Shown: one piece after another, positions 27,412-40,962 of the stretch
How the letters are laid out: each line of letters starts with the position of its first letter
Position numbering within the stretch: the first letter of the stretch is position 1
Origin: Octopus sinensis
Lineage: Eukaryota
NCBI RefSeq assembly: GCF_006345805.1
Contig: NC_042999.1
Coordinates: 122,946,001 to 123,010,000 of the forward strand
DNA length: 64,000 nucleotides
Direction of reading: 5' to 3'
Translations under genes and position numbers: made by a program
Notes under the pieces: model-generated
Databases searched by the model: none
What the model was told of the DNA's origin: nothing
The model's input: the letters and a program-made list of their open reading frames with translations, nothing else

Positions 27412-27910
27412 ATATGTATATATGTATATATATATGTATATATATGTGTGTGTATATATATATATGTGTATATATATATATATATATATGTCTATATATA
27501 TATGTATATATGTGTATATATATATGTATCTATGTGTATATATATATATGTATCTATGTGTATATATATATGTATCTATGTATATATGTATATATATGTG
27601 TGTATATATATGTGTATATATATGTGTGTATATATATGTGTATATATATGTGTATATATATATGTATATATATGTGTATATATATGTGTGTATATATGTG
27701 TGTATATATATGTGTATATATATATGTGTGTATATATAATATGTGTATATATATGTATATGTATATCTGTATATGTATATATGTATATGTATATATATGT
27801 ATATATATATATGTATATATATATATGTATATGTATATATGTATGTATATAAATATGTATATATGTATGTATATATATGTGTATATATATATGTATATAT
27901 ATATATGTAT
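27412..27910. repeat. (TA)n/(TATG)n array
   Basis: Seen directly. Confidence 0.95.
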
Positions 27911-29315
27911 ACTTTGATAGGTTTCGGCCATTATTGGCCCAGGCCATGTCTAACTTAATAGCACCACCTGGTGAAGTCTTTCAAGTCAGAATTTGGGCAC
28001 TATGGCCCACTCAAGTAGAGAGTTATTGTTTACAGAGACATATCCTGGTGTAGGGGGTTTATCCGGGATTTCTTGAAGAAATCTGTCCAAAGACTTCTTG
28101 AACCCTATAGGGTCAGTTTCTGTTTTAATGTGTTTTGGTGTAATGTTAAAGAGAGCGGAGCCAATTGAGGTGAAATAATTGTGCCGTATTGTTGTTATGA
28201 GATGAGAGTGCGATTTTTGTTTTGGGCGGATGGCACGGGGCCCAAGCCTTGGATGTACCTAAAGGTGATGCCAACATCATTTGGGCAATGCTGATGGAAT
28301 ATTTTCCACATCATTCAGATGATGTAGCTCACGACGACGTTGGAGAGAATAGAGTTTTAGCTTTTCTAGTCAACCCCAATAGTCGAGGCCTGTCATGCCA
28401 TCTTCTTTTTTGTGATTGCCCTTTGAGGTGCTTCAACTTTTATGATACCTTGTATTGTGTGGGGAGACCACAGTGGACAACAGTATTCAAGGTGGGGTCG
28501 GGCAAAAGTGGAAGAAGAGAAGGATAATGGTGTGGATATCTCTCGACTGGAAAGTTCTGAGAATCCAGGAACACATTCTGCGGGCCATGTTAATTGGTGT
28601 TTATATGAGTGGCCCAGCTTATGTTGTTGTCCACAATTCTCCCAGGTCTCTGATGTTGTTTGACGCCGCCGAGAGTTTCACCTGAAGGAAGGGGAGTAGG
28701 GAGTTTCAGGGCATCTCTTTTCCAACGTGGATAGCTCAAATTTATCCTCATTCAGCAGCATATTGTTTTTTCTGCCCATTGGATAACAGCCAGTAGATCT
28801 GACTGAAGGCATGTCCGGTCACTCGCCTCATTTATGACCTTCTGTAGCTTGGAGTCATCTGCAAAGATTTTTATGGTTGCTGTGCTTGATGATGTCATTA
28901 ATGTCATTAATGTAAATGATGAAAAGAAGTGGGCCCAGCACAGTGCTTGCGGAACGCCACTACTGACTTTGGCTGGGCTTGATTTTACCCCTTCAACTAC
29001 AACATGTGAGATCTGTCTGTCAGGAAACACTTGATCCATTTCAGTAACTTTCCAGAGACACCAATGTTGGATAGTTTTTTCAATAGGATCTTGTGATCGA
29101 CCCTGTCGAAGGCCTTACTGAAATCAAGGTAGATGACATCGGTGTTGGAGCCCTCTCCCAAAGCTCTCAAAATGTCCTCAAAGTGATGCAGGAGCTGCGT
29201 TAGGCAGTCCCTTCCATTACGGAACCCATGTTGGTTGGAGATCAGCCGTCTGTTGCTTTCCAGAAATTGGGTTATTCGAGATCTCACCACCCTCTCAAAT
29301 ACCTTGATGATATGA
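27911..29315 (-). mobile_element. CR1-clade LINE family 2, 5'-truncated
   Basis: KVFERVV...QHGFRNGRDCLTQLL...VIYLDFSKAFDRVDH, SGVPQ, IFADDSK. 3' tail ATCAAAGT. Confidence 0.93.
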
Positions 29316-29965
29316 TGAATGTATATGTATGTATATATATGCATGTATATATATATGTATATAATTTAATATATATATATATATATATGAATGTATATGT
29401 ATGTATATATATATATATATATGAATGTATATGTATGTATCTATATATATATATATGAATGTATATGTATGTATATATATATATATGAATGTATATGTAT
29501 GTATATATATATATATGAATGTATATGTATGTATATATAGATATGAATGTATATGTATGTATATATATATATGTATGTATATATATATATGTATGTATAT
29601 ATATATATATATATATACACATATATATATATATATTTATGTATGTATGTGTATATATATGTATGTATATATATGTGTGTATGTATTTACATGTGTGTAT
29701 ACATACGTATGTATGCTTATATATGTATATATATATATATATGTATGTATGTATATGTATGTATATATGTATGTATATTTAGGTATGTATATATATGTAT
29801 ACATGTATATATATGTATGTATGTATATATATGTATGTATGTATATATATGTATGTATGTATATGTATGTATATATATATGTATATATATGTATGTATAT
29901 CTATGTATGTGTATATCTATGTATGTGTAGATATATAGGTATGTATATATATATGTGTGTATATA

Positions 29966-29996
<31 letters not shown>

Positions 29997-30409
29997 GTAT
30001 GATAATAAATATGTCTATAAACATATGTGTGTATATATATATGTATATATATATAAATATATATATATGTATGATAATAAATATGTCTATAAACATATGT
30101 GTGTATATATATATGTATATATATATAAATATATATATATGTATGATAATAAATATGTCTATAAATATATGTATAGTGCATAAATATATGTATAGCGGAC
30201 CTTAAATGATGGTGATGATGATATATAAGCATATGTGTAGGTATATATGTATATATATAAGTATATATGTATTTTTGTATATATACATATATATAAGTAT
30301 ATATATGTGTATATATATATATGTGTGTATATATATGTGTATATATATATATGTATATATATATATATGTGTGTGTATATATATATATAAGTACATATAT
30401 TGGTATATA

Positions 30410-30440
<31 letters not shown>
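29316..30440. repeat. (TA)n/(TATG)n array including a 3x ~60-70 bp minisatellite (about 29990-30170) and a 30-bp (GAT)n SINE-tail remnant (about 30195-30220)
   Basis: Seen directly; unit contains atgataataaatatgtctataaa. Confidence 0.9.
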
Positions 30441-30441
30441 T

Positions 30442-31832
30442 AGTGAGATGCTAAATTACCATTTCAAAAGTGTCTTTACCACTCCGTTGGAACACATACA
30501 AGTGAACGAACCAGTGGACTTCTTTTCCGCCTCACCTATAACCAGCGAGGCGGTTACAATAGAATGTATTGACATTAGCGAAAAAGATGTCCTACTAGCC
30601 ATAGATGAAGTGGACACAAACTCAGCTGCTGGTCCAGACGGTTTCCCAGCCATCCTCCTCAAAGCGTGTAAGCATGCCCTGGCAACACCCCTCAAGATTC
30701 TCTTCCAGAGCTTTCTTGTGAATGGCAAACTGCCAATACATAAAGGGAGAAGTAGACCAGATGCCAAAAACTATAGGCCTATCTCTCTGACTTCACACAT
30801 CAGCAAAGTCATGGAACAGATAGTCAGAACGAAACTAATCGCATTCCTTGAGGAAAATAACTTGCTGAGTGAAACCCAGCTCTTACAGCATTATGACTGG
30901 GTGTTGAGGCAGTTACTCAACAAATCAAATGTCGAGGTAATCTACCTTGATTTTGCAAAAGCTTTTGACAAGGTGGATCATGGTATGATATGCTACAAAC
31001 TGCGTGACCTCGGCATAGCTGGAAAACTTGGAGTGTGGTTACATGACTTCCTGAAAGATAGGAGTCAGGCAGTAGTTATTAATGGAGCCACCTCTATGAA
31101 CACACAAATAGTGAGCGGTGTTCCACAGGGCACTGTCTTGGGACCACTGCTTTTTATAGTAGCCCTCTCAGATATGCCCTCAAATGTCCGGATAGTCACT
31201 CTGGCCAGCTATACAGATTACTGCTCACAGCAGTATTACTGGATTACTGCTCACAGCTATGGTCACCCACCAGTGTAAAATTAACAGCAGACTTTGAAGC
31301 AATCCAGAGAAGATTCACAAAGAAGATCGTCTCTTTGCAACAGCTCAGCTACTGGGAAAGGTTGAAACAGCTAAGACTCTACTCCCTGGAGAGAAGATGG
31401 GAGAGGTATGCAGTAATATATGTCTGGAAGGTCCTGGAAAGAATTGTACCAAATTTTGGCATTGTAAGCTACTAGAATGGGACGACAATGCATAGTGCCA
31501 AAGATCCCAGCAATGCCATCACGCTTCAGGACCAGCTTCTGCAACAGCCTGGGTTTCAAGGGCCTACAGCTTTTTAATATTCTCTCAAAGAGTCTGAGGA
31601 ACTTGCACAAAGTAGATATAGCAGTTTTTAAATCAAAGCTGGACATCTTCCTGTCGAGAGTCCCAGATGAACCTACCTCACGGCAAGAGGTGCAATTGAG
31701 AGTAGCTATATCAAACTCCATTCTTCACCAAGTGCCACATATTAGACGAGGTTCTTCGCAACAACAGTGTAGCACAAACCGGCGGGGCATCAGCATGGCC
31801 GCAGCTCTGAGCTGAAACTAGAATTTTAAAAA
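30442..31832 (+). mobile_element. CR1-clade LINE family 1 fragment with internal deletions
   Basis: ORF 30400-31278: AGPDGF, NYRPISLTS, YLDFAKAFDKVDH, GVPQGTVLGPLLF, then jumps from YTD to DYCS. 3' end CAGCATGGCC...GAGCTGAAACTAG. Confidence 0.93.
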
Positions 31833-31908
31833 ATGTATATATATGATTATATATTATATGTATATATATATATATATGTATATATATATGTATATATATG
31901 TATCTATA

Positions 31909-31958
<50 letters not shown>

Positions 31959-32523
31959 GTATGTTATATATGTATCTATATATATGTATATATATATATA
32001 TATATTATGTATATATATGTACTCTATATATGTATATATATATATATATTATATATATCTATAGGTTATATATATATCTATATATATGTATGTATAATAT
32101 ATATGTATCTATATCTATGTATATATATATATAATATATATAGATATATGTAAATATATATATATACATATGTAAATATATATATATATATATAATATAT
32201 ATATATATATGTAAATATATATATATATATGTAAATATATATAGGTATATGTATATATGTATATGTATATATATGTATATATGTATATGTATATATATGT
32301 ATATATGTATATGTCATATATGTATATATGTATATGTATATATATGTATATATATATATATATGTATATATATATGTTATATATATATATTTGTATAAGT
32401 ATATATGTATATGTATATGTGTATATGGATATAATATATATAAGTATAGTATTTGTATATGTGTATATGTATAGTGTTATATATGTATGTATATAGATAT
32501 ATATGTAGTATATATATGTATGT

Positions 32524-32564
<41 letters not shown>

Positions 32565-32635
32565 TGTATGTATAATATATATGTATGTATATATATATGT
32601 ATGTATCTATATATGTATGTATATATATATGTATG

Positions 32636-32675
<40 letters not shown>

Positions 32676-32801
32676 TTGTATATATATGTATGTATATATA
32701 TATATGTATATATTATATATGGTATATATATATATATGTATGTATATATATATAATATGTATTATTATATGTATATGTATATTGTATTGTATATGTATTT
32801 G

Positions 32802-32834
<33 letters not shown>

Positions 32835-32847
32835 GTATGTATATATG
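31833..32847. repeat. (TA)n/(TATG)n array
   Basis: Seen directly. Confidence 0.95.
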
Positions 32848-35800
32848 ATTGCGGCTGCGCTAAAGAGCAGAGGCTACAAGAGGACAGCGGCTCAGATGGA
32901 GCGAAAGAGACAGGAATTCGTGCGCTCATATGCGCTTGTACGGTCGCACATTGGCGCACTTGATGCTATCTTTGAGAATGAGCGGGGCAAAGATGGCAAG
33001 AATGGAGACGATGAAAGAAGTCACCCCCACCTGGTGGACGCCAGGAGGAGGTTTTGAATGAGAAACCTGCCCGGGAAGTGAACCCAGGTGCAAGTTCTCA
33101 ACCCCCGGCAGCAAGGGCCATGGAGACGGAGAACCCGGTGAAGAGGTAGAGGGAGGAAGAGAACTAAAAGAAGGACTGGAAGAGCTAAAGGAAAAGAAAA
33201 AGCTCAAGCAGGACCAAAGAGTGAAAAACCAGGAATAGAAGTGGAACCGCAAAGGGGAACCAAACAGCGCACCAGGTGTGTATGTTCTACCTGAGAGGTT
33301 CCTGCTGCATGGAAAGGAAAGGAAGGTGCAGGCTGCCGCTTTGCACATCGGGGACCTGCCACAGAGACACGAGGCAGATGGACAAACCATCAACACAAAG
33401 AAAAGGGATGGACCATGCCACCTGCCCCAAAGCGGAGGTACGCAGATGTTGTGCGCGCACAAAACAGCCAACATGATGTTGTCGAAAGAGCAGCTGCTGA
33501 GCAACAATCTTTTTTGTGCATGGCACAAAAGATTGTACAGCAGCTGACCTGGCTTCATCAAACTCAAGCCCGCAGGTGGGACTACCCACTATATACCAGA
33601 CCACCACAGCAAACAGACACAGGATGGACACCGCCGGCAACAACGTACACCTCACCTCGATACTCCTACTGAACATCAGAGGACTGCAAACACTCAGTAA
33701 CAGGACAAAGATCCCGTTCCTGAGACACTTTGTTGCATGCAATCAAGCCTTATGCATAGCACTTACAGAAACGCACCTGAAACCGGACATAGCAGATGCG
33801 GAGTTACACATACCACAGTATGCTGTACTACGGACCGACAGGCAAGAAAGGAGTCATGGAGGTGTTGCTATGTACATCCGTGAGGACCTCACACCCCAGG
33901 TCCTCTTGTCATACTCAAACTCGGTGTGTGACACACTAATTGTACATATTAGGCAACTTGATGTAGTTGTGTGTGCTACATATCGCCCTCCAGATGCCCC
34001 AAGCCATGTGGGCAAGTTTGAAGACTGCCTTTAAAAATAGAAGAAATTCTAACCACATTAGAACAACACATAGGTGTGCTTCTTATGGGAAACTTCAATC
34101 TGCCCAATGTCAGATGGCCCGAGGGCCTTTCTCTCCCAAGAAATGACAAGATGTGAACGAGGACAGGCGAGGTCCTCCTGAACCTCATCAACACCCTGTA
34201 CATGGAGCAGGTAATACTCCAACCAACCAGGGCAGGTAACACACTGCATCTCTGCTTCACAAATGACATGGATCTCATCCATAATGTGAAAGTGACACCG
34301 ACACTACTCTCGGATCACAACATGATAGAGCTGACCATGTACGGCCAAAAGAGAGCAGCCTACAAGAAACCCTCAAAATCTTTCCAGCTTGAACTACCAT
34401 AAGGCAAACTGGAAACAAATTGAGAAAGAGATCCTCAAACAAAACTGGCCTAAATGTCTCTCCTCGCCAGACATCGACGTGAAACTCCAACAATTCATGT
34501 CTGTAATGCAAGCCATATGCTACAAATGTGTCCCAGAGAGAAAGGCCACTGTACACAAGAACAAAATCCCCAGAGAGAGGAAAATTTTAATGAGACGGCG
34601 TACAAAATTTTCAAATCGCCTAAAACAAACAGATTGAAGCAGTGAAAAGTCCCGCCTGAAAATAAACTGTTGGAAATCGAAAAATGTCTGCAACTCTCCC
34701 ATGAAAAAAAAGAGCAGACAAAGAAGCCTGGACTATAGAAAACATAAAATCTAACCCAGAGCTTTCTACAGGTATGCCAAAGAAACAGCTACAGTGCACT
34801 GTAGAATAGGGCCACTCCTCGAAAAGGATGGCACACTTACAGGAAAACCAATGAGGGTAAGTGAAATACTGAATGAGCAATTCAAGAGTGTTTTCACTCC
34901 ACCCCTTGGGCATCTCCAAATCACCAATCCAACTGACTTTTTTCCACTGCAGATATAAAATCAGAGGCGGCGACGATAGATTACATCGATATAAAGGAAG
35001 ACGATGTAACCAAGGCTATAGATGAAATGAAAACAGACTCAGCTACTGGCCCCGATGGATTCCCGGCAATCCTCCTAAAAGCATGTAAGAGAGTCCTAGC
35101 AAGACCACTGCAGTTCCTCTTTCAGAGGTTCCTGCAGCTGGCAAACTTCCAGGAAAACTGAAGGAAGGTAAAATATGCCCCATTCATAAAGGAGGTAGCA
35201 GAGCGGAAGCCAAGAACTATAGACCTATCTCTCTGACCTCACACATCAGCAAGGTCATGGAACGAATAGTCAGAAGGAAGCTGATCACCTTCCTTGAAGA
35301 GAATGACTTGCTGCCCGACACCCAACATGGTTTCCGACCAGGGAGAAGCTGTTTAACTCAGCTCCTACAACACTATGACTGGTGCTGAAACGGCTGCTCA
35401 ACCACTCAAATGTGGAAGTGATATATCTCGACTTTGCAAAGGCCTTTGATAAAGTCGATCATGGAATGATATGTCACAAACTGCGTGATCTCAACATAGT
35501 TGGAAAACTGGGAGAATGGCTTCATGACTTTCTGAAGGATAGAAGTCAGGTGGTAGTAGCCAATGGGGCCACCTCCATTAACACACAAATAGTGAGCGGT
35601 GTTCCGCAGGGCACTGTTCTGGGACCACTACTGTTCATAATGGCCCTCTCAGACATGCCCTCAGCCACGCAGAGAGCCACGATCACAAGTTATGCAGATG
35701 ATACAAAAGTTTCACAGGCAATACAGAACCCTGAGGACACTAAACACCTGCAATGTGAGCTGGACGAAATATACAAGTGGGCTGAAAAGAATAGCATGCA

Positions 35801-36682
35801 GTTCAATGCTGGAAAGTTTCAAGCTTTATACTATCAGCATGCAAAACTGAATGCAATACACAATGAATACACTGGACCCGGAGGGATTGCAATCCCAGAG
35901 GCACAATCAGTGTGTGACCTGGGTATTCACATGAGTGATGACGCGACCTTTCATGTACATGTTGCTAAACTGACAATGAAATGTAGACGGCTGGCTGGAT
36001 GGATTCTTAGAACCTTTAGAACAAGAGAACAAGAAACCATGATGGTCCTCTGGAAGACACTTCTCCTAAGCCACTTTGACTATTGCTCTCACTATGGTCA
36101 CCATCCAGTGTCAAGTTGATCACAGAACTTGAGGCGATCCAACGAACTACACAAAGAAGATAGCCTCTATGCAGAATGTAAGCTACTGGGAAAGACTCAA
36201 GAGATTAAAATTATATTCCCTGGAGCGTAGGCGGAAAGATTGCCATAATATACATCTGGAAGATCCTTGGAGGGAGTGTCCTGAACTTTGGCATCGAGAG
36301 TTACGCAAATGCCAGAACTGGCGCCACTGCGTGGTGCCTAGGACTCAAACCTGCCATCAAGATGTAGGACAAGATCTGTGATAGCCTGGGCTTCCGAGGC
36401 CCACAGCTCTTCAATATCCTCCCGAAGAACCTGAGAGACCTGCATGGGGTGGATACAGATGTCTGTAAAATGAAGCTGGATCTCTTCCTGTCAGGTGTCC
36501 CGATGAACCAACTTTCACGGCAGGAGGGGAGATGAGGGCAGCTTCATCGAACTCTCTCATGCACCAAATAGCAGGTGCTAGAAAGCCTCCATGAAGTGAA
36601 ACCAAGTAGCAAAACCAAATGGCGGTGCCGCTCAGCATGGCCCCAACTCATAAGCTGAAACTAGAATCATCATCAATCAATC
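32848..36682 (+). mobile_element. Near-full-length CR1-clade LINE family 1 (ORF1 5'-truncated, ORF2 complete but disrupted)
   Basis: ORF1 remnant to 33672. ORF2 has APE motifs (LNIRG, LTETHL, YRPP, GNFNLP, PTR..NTL.LCFTN, SDHNMI) and RT motifs (GPDGF, YLDFAKAFD, PQGTVLGP, YADD at 35691). Ends in a 3' stem-loop and ATC repeats. Confidence 0.95.
33624..36594 (+). pseudogene. CR1 ORF2 (APE endonuclease plus reverse transcriptase), multiple frameshifts
   Basis: Fragments in the ORF track at 33516-34034, 34202-34402, 34389-34637, 35382-36119 and 36169-36381 join into one APE-RT protein. Confidence 0.9.
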
Positions 36683-36684
36683 AT

Positions 36685-37002
36685 ATATATATGTATGTAT
36701 ATATATGTATATATAGATATATAGATATATATATATAATATGTATAATATATATATTATGTATATATATATATGTATGTATATATATATGTATGTATATA
36801 TATATATGTATGTTTTCCTATATAAATATATTGTTTATATATAAAAATATGTATATATGTATATGTAGATTTGGATAATATAGATATGTATATATATATA
36901 CTATGTATATATATTATATTATGTATTATATGTATGTATATCTATATATATGTATGTATGTATATATATATTGTATGTATATATATATATGTATGTATAT
37001 AT
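36685..37002. repeat. (TA)n/(TATG)n array
   Basis: Seen directly. Confidence 0.93.
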
Positions 37003-38538
37003 ACTTTGATACTTTGATACTTTGATAGGTTTCGGCCATTATTGGCCCAGGCCATGTCTAACTTAATAGCACCACCCTGGTGTCTTTCAAGTCAGAATTT
37101 GGGCACTATGCCCACTCAAGTAGAGAGTTATTGTTTACAGAGACATATCCGGGTGTAGGGGGGTTATCCGGGTTTCTTGAAGGAATCTGTCCAAAGACTT
37201 CTTGAACCCTATAGGGTCAGTTTCTGTTTTAATGTGTTTTGGTGTATGTTAAAGAGAGCGGGGCCAATTGAGGTGAAATAATTGTGCCGTATTGTTGTTA
37301 TGAGATGAGAGTGCGATTTTTGTTTTGGGCGGATGGCACGGGGCCCAAGCCTTGGATGTACCTTAAAGGTGATGCCAACATCATTTGGGCAATGCTGATG
37401 GAATATTTTCCACATCATGCAGATGATGTAGCGCTCACGACGACGTTGGAGAGAATAGAGTTTTAGCTTTTCTAGTCGACCCCAATAGTCGAGGCCTGTC
37501 ATGCCATCTATCTTTTTTGTGATTGCCCTTTGAGGTGCTTCAACTTTTATGATACCTTGTATTGTTGGGGAGACCACAGTGGCAACAGTATTCAAGGGGG
37601 TCGGGCAAAGTGGAGAAGAGAAGATAATGGTGTGGATATCTCTCGACTGGAAAGTTCTGAGAATCCAGGAACCATTCTGGGGCCATGTCAACTTTGGTGT
37701 TTATATGAGTGGCCCCTTACGTGTTGTCCACAATTACTCCCAAGTCTCTGATGTTGTTGGACGCCGCGAGAGTTTCACCTGAAGGAAGGGAGTATGGGAG
37801 TTTCAGGGCATCCTCTTTTCCAAAGTGGATTAGCTCAATTTATCCTCGTTCAGCAGCATATTGTTTTTTTCTGCCCATTGGATAACAGCCAGTAGATCTG
37901 ACTGAAGCATGTCCGGTCACTCGCCTCATTTATGACCTTCTGTAGCTTGGAGTCATCTGCAAAGATTTTGTATGTTGCTGTGCTTGATGATGTCATTAAT
38001 GTCATTAATGTAAATGATGAAAAGAAGTGGGCCCAGCACAGTGCCTTGCGGAACGCCACTACTGACTTTGGCTGGGCTTGATTTTACCCCTTCAACTACA
38101 ACATGTTGAGATCTGTCTGTCAGGAAACATTAATCCATTTCAGTAACTTTCCAGAGACACCAATGTTGGATAGTTTTTTCAATAGGATCTTGTGATCGAC
38201 CCTGTCGAAGGCTTACTGAAATCAAGGTAGATGACATCGGTGTTGGAGCCCTCTCCCAAAGCTCTCAAAATGTCCTCAAAGTGATGCAGGAGCTGCGTTA
38301 GGCAGTCCCTTCCATTACGAACCCATGTTGGTTGGAGATCAGCCGTCTGTTGCTTTCCAGAAATTGGGTTATTCGAGATCTCACCACCTCTCAAATACCT
38401 TGATGATATGAGAGGTGAGTGAGATCGGACGGTAATTCACTGCAAGGGACTTGTTTCCCTTTTTGAAAACTGGGACAACAGACTGGGACAGAAGGTTTTT
38501 TTGGAATAAGCCAGCATCCAGTGAGTTTCTCCACAGAT
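37003..38538 (-). mobile_element. CR1-clade LINE family 2, 5'-truncated; near-identical to 27911-29315
   Basis: Three ACTTTGAT units (tail ATCAAAGT x3 on - strand). RT motifs as in the other copy; extends about 140 bp further 5' (VPVFKKG, NYRPISLTS). Confidence 0.93.
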
Positions 38539-38539
38539 A

Positions 38540-39342
38540 TGTATGTATATATATATGTATGCATATACTGTATGTATATATATGTATGTATATATTTAGT
38601 ATGTATATATATGTATTATTTTATATATTATGTATAGAATATATGTATGTATTATATGTATGTTTGTATATGTATGTATGTATCGATAGTATTTAATATA
38701 TATATATGTTTAGTATGTATATATATAATATGTTGTATGATATATATGTATGTATATTATGTATGTATGTATAGATATATATGTAGTATGTATATATATA
38801 TATGTATTATGTATATATATATATATATTTATGTATGTATATATTGTATGTATGTATAATATGTATGTATGTATATATATGTATGTATATTATGTATGTA
38901 TGTAATATAATGTAGTATGTATGTATATATGTATGTATGTATATATATAGAGTAGGTTATGTATGTATATGTAGTAGTATATATATATTATGTATGTATA
39001 TACATGTTATGTATGTATGTATGTATGTATATGTATGTATATATATATAGGTAGTATGATGTATATATATTGTATGTATGTATATATGTATGTATATATA
39101 TATATTATGTATATATATATATATTATGTATATCTATAATATATATGTATGGATATGTTATATATAGTTAGTATATGTATATATAATATATATGTAGTAT
39201 GTATAATATTTATGTATATGTATTATATGTATGTATATGTATATATATATAGATATATTATATATATATGTAGATATATGTATGTATATGTATATATATG
39301 TAGTATATGTATATATAGTATGTATATGTATATATATGTATG

Positions 39343-39379
<37 letters not shown>

Positions 39380-39391
39380 ATGATATATATA

Positions 39392-39422
<31 letters not shown>

Positions 39423-39478
39423 TATATGTATATGTATATATGTATATGTATATAGATGTTATGTATATATATATGTAT
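38540..39478. repeat. Degenerate (TA)n/(TATG)n array
   Basis: Seen directly. Confidence 0.95.
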
Positions 39479-39838
39479 AATCCTTAAATCCTTAAAAATG
39501 TTTTAGCCCGAAGGCCGCGGCCCATGCTGGGGCACCACCGTTGATGAGCTACACTAATTTGTGAATCCACCTCTGATACGTGGCACTTGATCAACAAGGA
39601 GTTCGATGCTGCTGCCCGCATCCGCGTCTCCTGTCGTGAGGTGTAGGCTCATCTGGGACCCAACAAGAAGAGATCCAGTTTAGTTTTAAAGAACCCACAT
39701 CCACACCATGTAAGTCCTCTCAGGCATTTAGGAGGATTTAAAGAGCTGTGGTCCTCTGAAAATCCAAGCTGTTGCAGTATCTGGACCTGTATTTTGATGG
39801 TGATGTTGGAATCCTTGGCACCATGCAGTGGCGCCCCA
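39479..39838 (-). mobile_element. CR1 family 1 3' fragment
   Basis: Reverse complement of the 3' 360 bp of the 26010-27411 copy, with the same TTTAAGGA tail. Confidence 0.92.
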
Positions 39839-40222
39839 TATATATATATATATATGTATGTATATATATATATATATCTATGTATATAATGTATATGTAT
39901 GTATATTTATATATATATATATGTATGTATATATATATATATACATGTATGTATATATATATATATATACATGTATATATATATATATATACATGTATAT
40001 ATATGTATATATATGTACATGTATATATATGTATATATATAATACATGTATATATATATATGTATATATATATATGTATATATATGTATGTATATAGATG
40101 TATATATAATATTATATTTGTATCTGTATGTATATATATATATTTGTAACTGTATATATATGTATTTATATATATGTATATGTATATATATGTATATATA
40201 TATGTGTATATATGTATATCTA

Positions 40223-40605
40223 TCATCATCATCATCGTTTAACGTCCGTTTTCCGTGCTAGCAAGGGTTGGACGGTTTGACCGGGGTCTGGGAAGCCAGG
40301 AGGTTGCACCAGGCTCCAGTCTCATCTGGCAGTATTTCTACAGCTGGATGCCCTTCCTAACGCCAACCACTTCGTGAGTGTAGTGGGTGCTTTTTACATG
40401 CCTCCAGCACAGGTGCCAGGGGAGTCTGGCAGCGGCCACGATCGGTTGGTGCTTTTAACGTGCCACCTGCACGGAAGCCAGTGAAGGCAGCGCTGGCATT
40501 GGCCACGTTCAGATGGTGCCTGTTATGTTCCACTGGCACAGAAGCCAGTAGAGGCGGCGCTGGCATTGGCCATGTTTGAATGGTGCTGTTTTTGTGCCAC
40601 CGGCA
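40223..40605 (-). mobile_element. SINE body with internal tandem units and (GAT)n tail
   Basis: Same family as 15738-15956 and 49849-50309; repeated GTGGCACGTAAAAGCACC-type units. Confidence 0.88.
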
Positions 40606-40626
40606 AAGGTATCAACAATGTGCTAT

Positions 40627-40742
40627 GCTTGCTGCACCTAGGTTTCCCAAGCGGTCACCCATCTAAGTACTGACTAGGCTCGACATTGCTTAATTTCGGT
40701 GATCAGACGAGAACCGGTGCTTTCAACATGATATGGGTAAAC
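40627..40742 (-). pseudogene. 5S rRNA-derived sequence (pseudogene or SINE head)
   Basis: Reverse complement GTTTACCCATATCATGTTGAAAGCACCGGTTCTCGTCTGATCACCGAAATTAAGCAATGTCGAGCCTAGTCAGTACTTAGATGGGTGACCGCTTGGGAAACCTAGGTGCAGCAAGC aligns end to end with metazoan 5S (box A and box C regions recognisable). It has short deletions and CpG-type transitions, and no oligo-T terminator follows. Confidence 0.92.
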
Positions 40743-40931
40743 GTTGATGATGATGTATATATATATATATATGTGTGTGTATATATATATATGTATATAT
40801 ATGTGTATATGTATATGTATATGAATATATATATTTGTGCATATATATATGTATATATATATATATTTATGTATATTGATATATGTAAGTATTTATATGT
40901 ATGTATTTGTATGTATGTATCTATATATATG

Positions 40932-40962
<31 letters not shown>

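Noticed and set aside
27919-27950. GGCC-loop-GGCC-GAAAC on the - strand resembling a hammerhead half
   Set aside because: No CUGANGA upstream; it is the CR1 3' stem-loop.
29990-30170. Three near-identical spaced repeats (CRISPR-like at a glance)
   Set aside because: The spacers are identical TA-rich sequence, so this is a minisatellite; eukaryotic context and no cas genes.
40627-40742. Functional 5S rRNA gene
   Set aside because: Deletions near both ends, several helix-disrupting changes, no oligo-T terminator and not in a tandem array.
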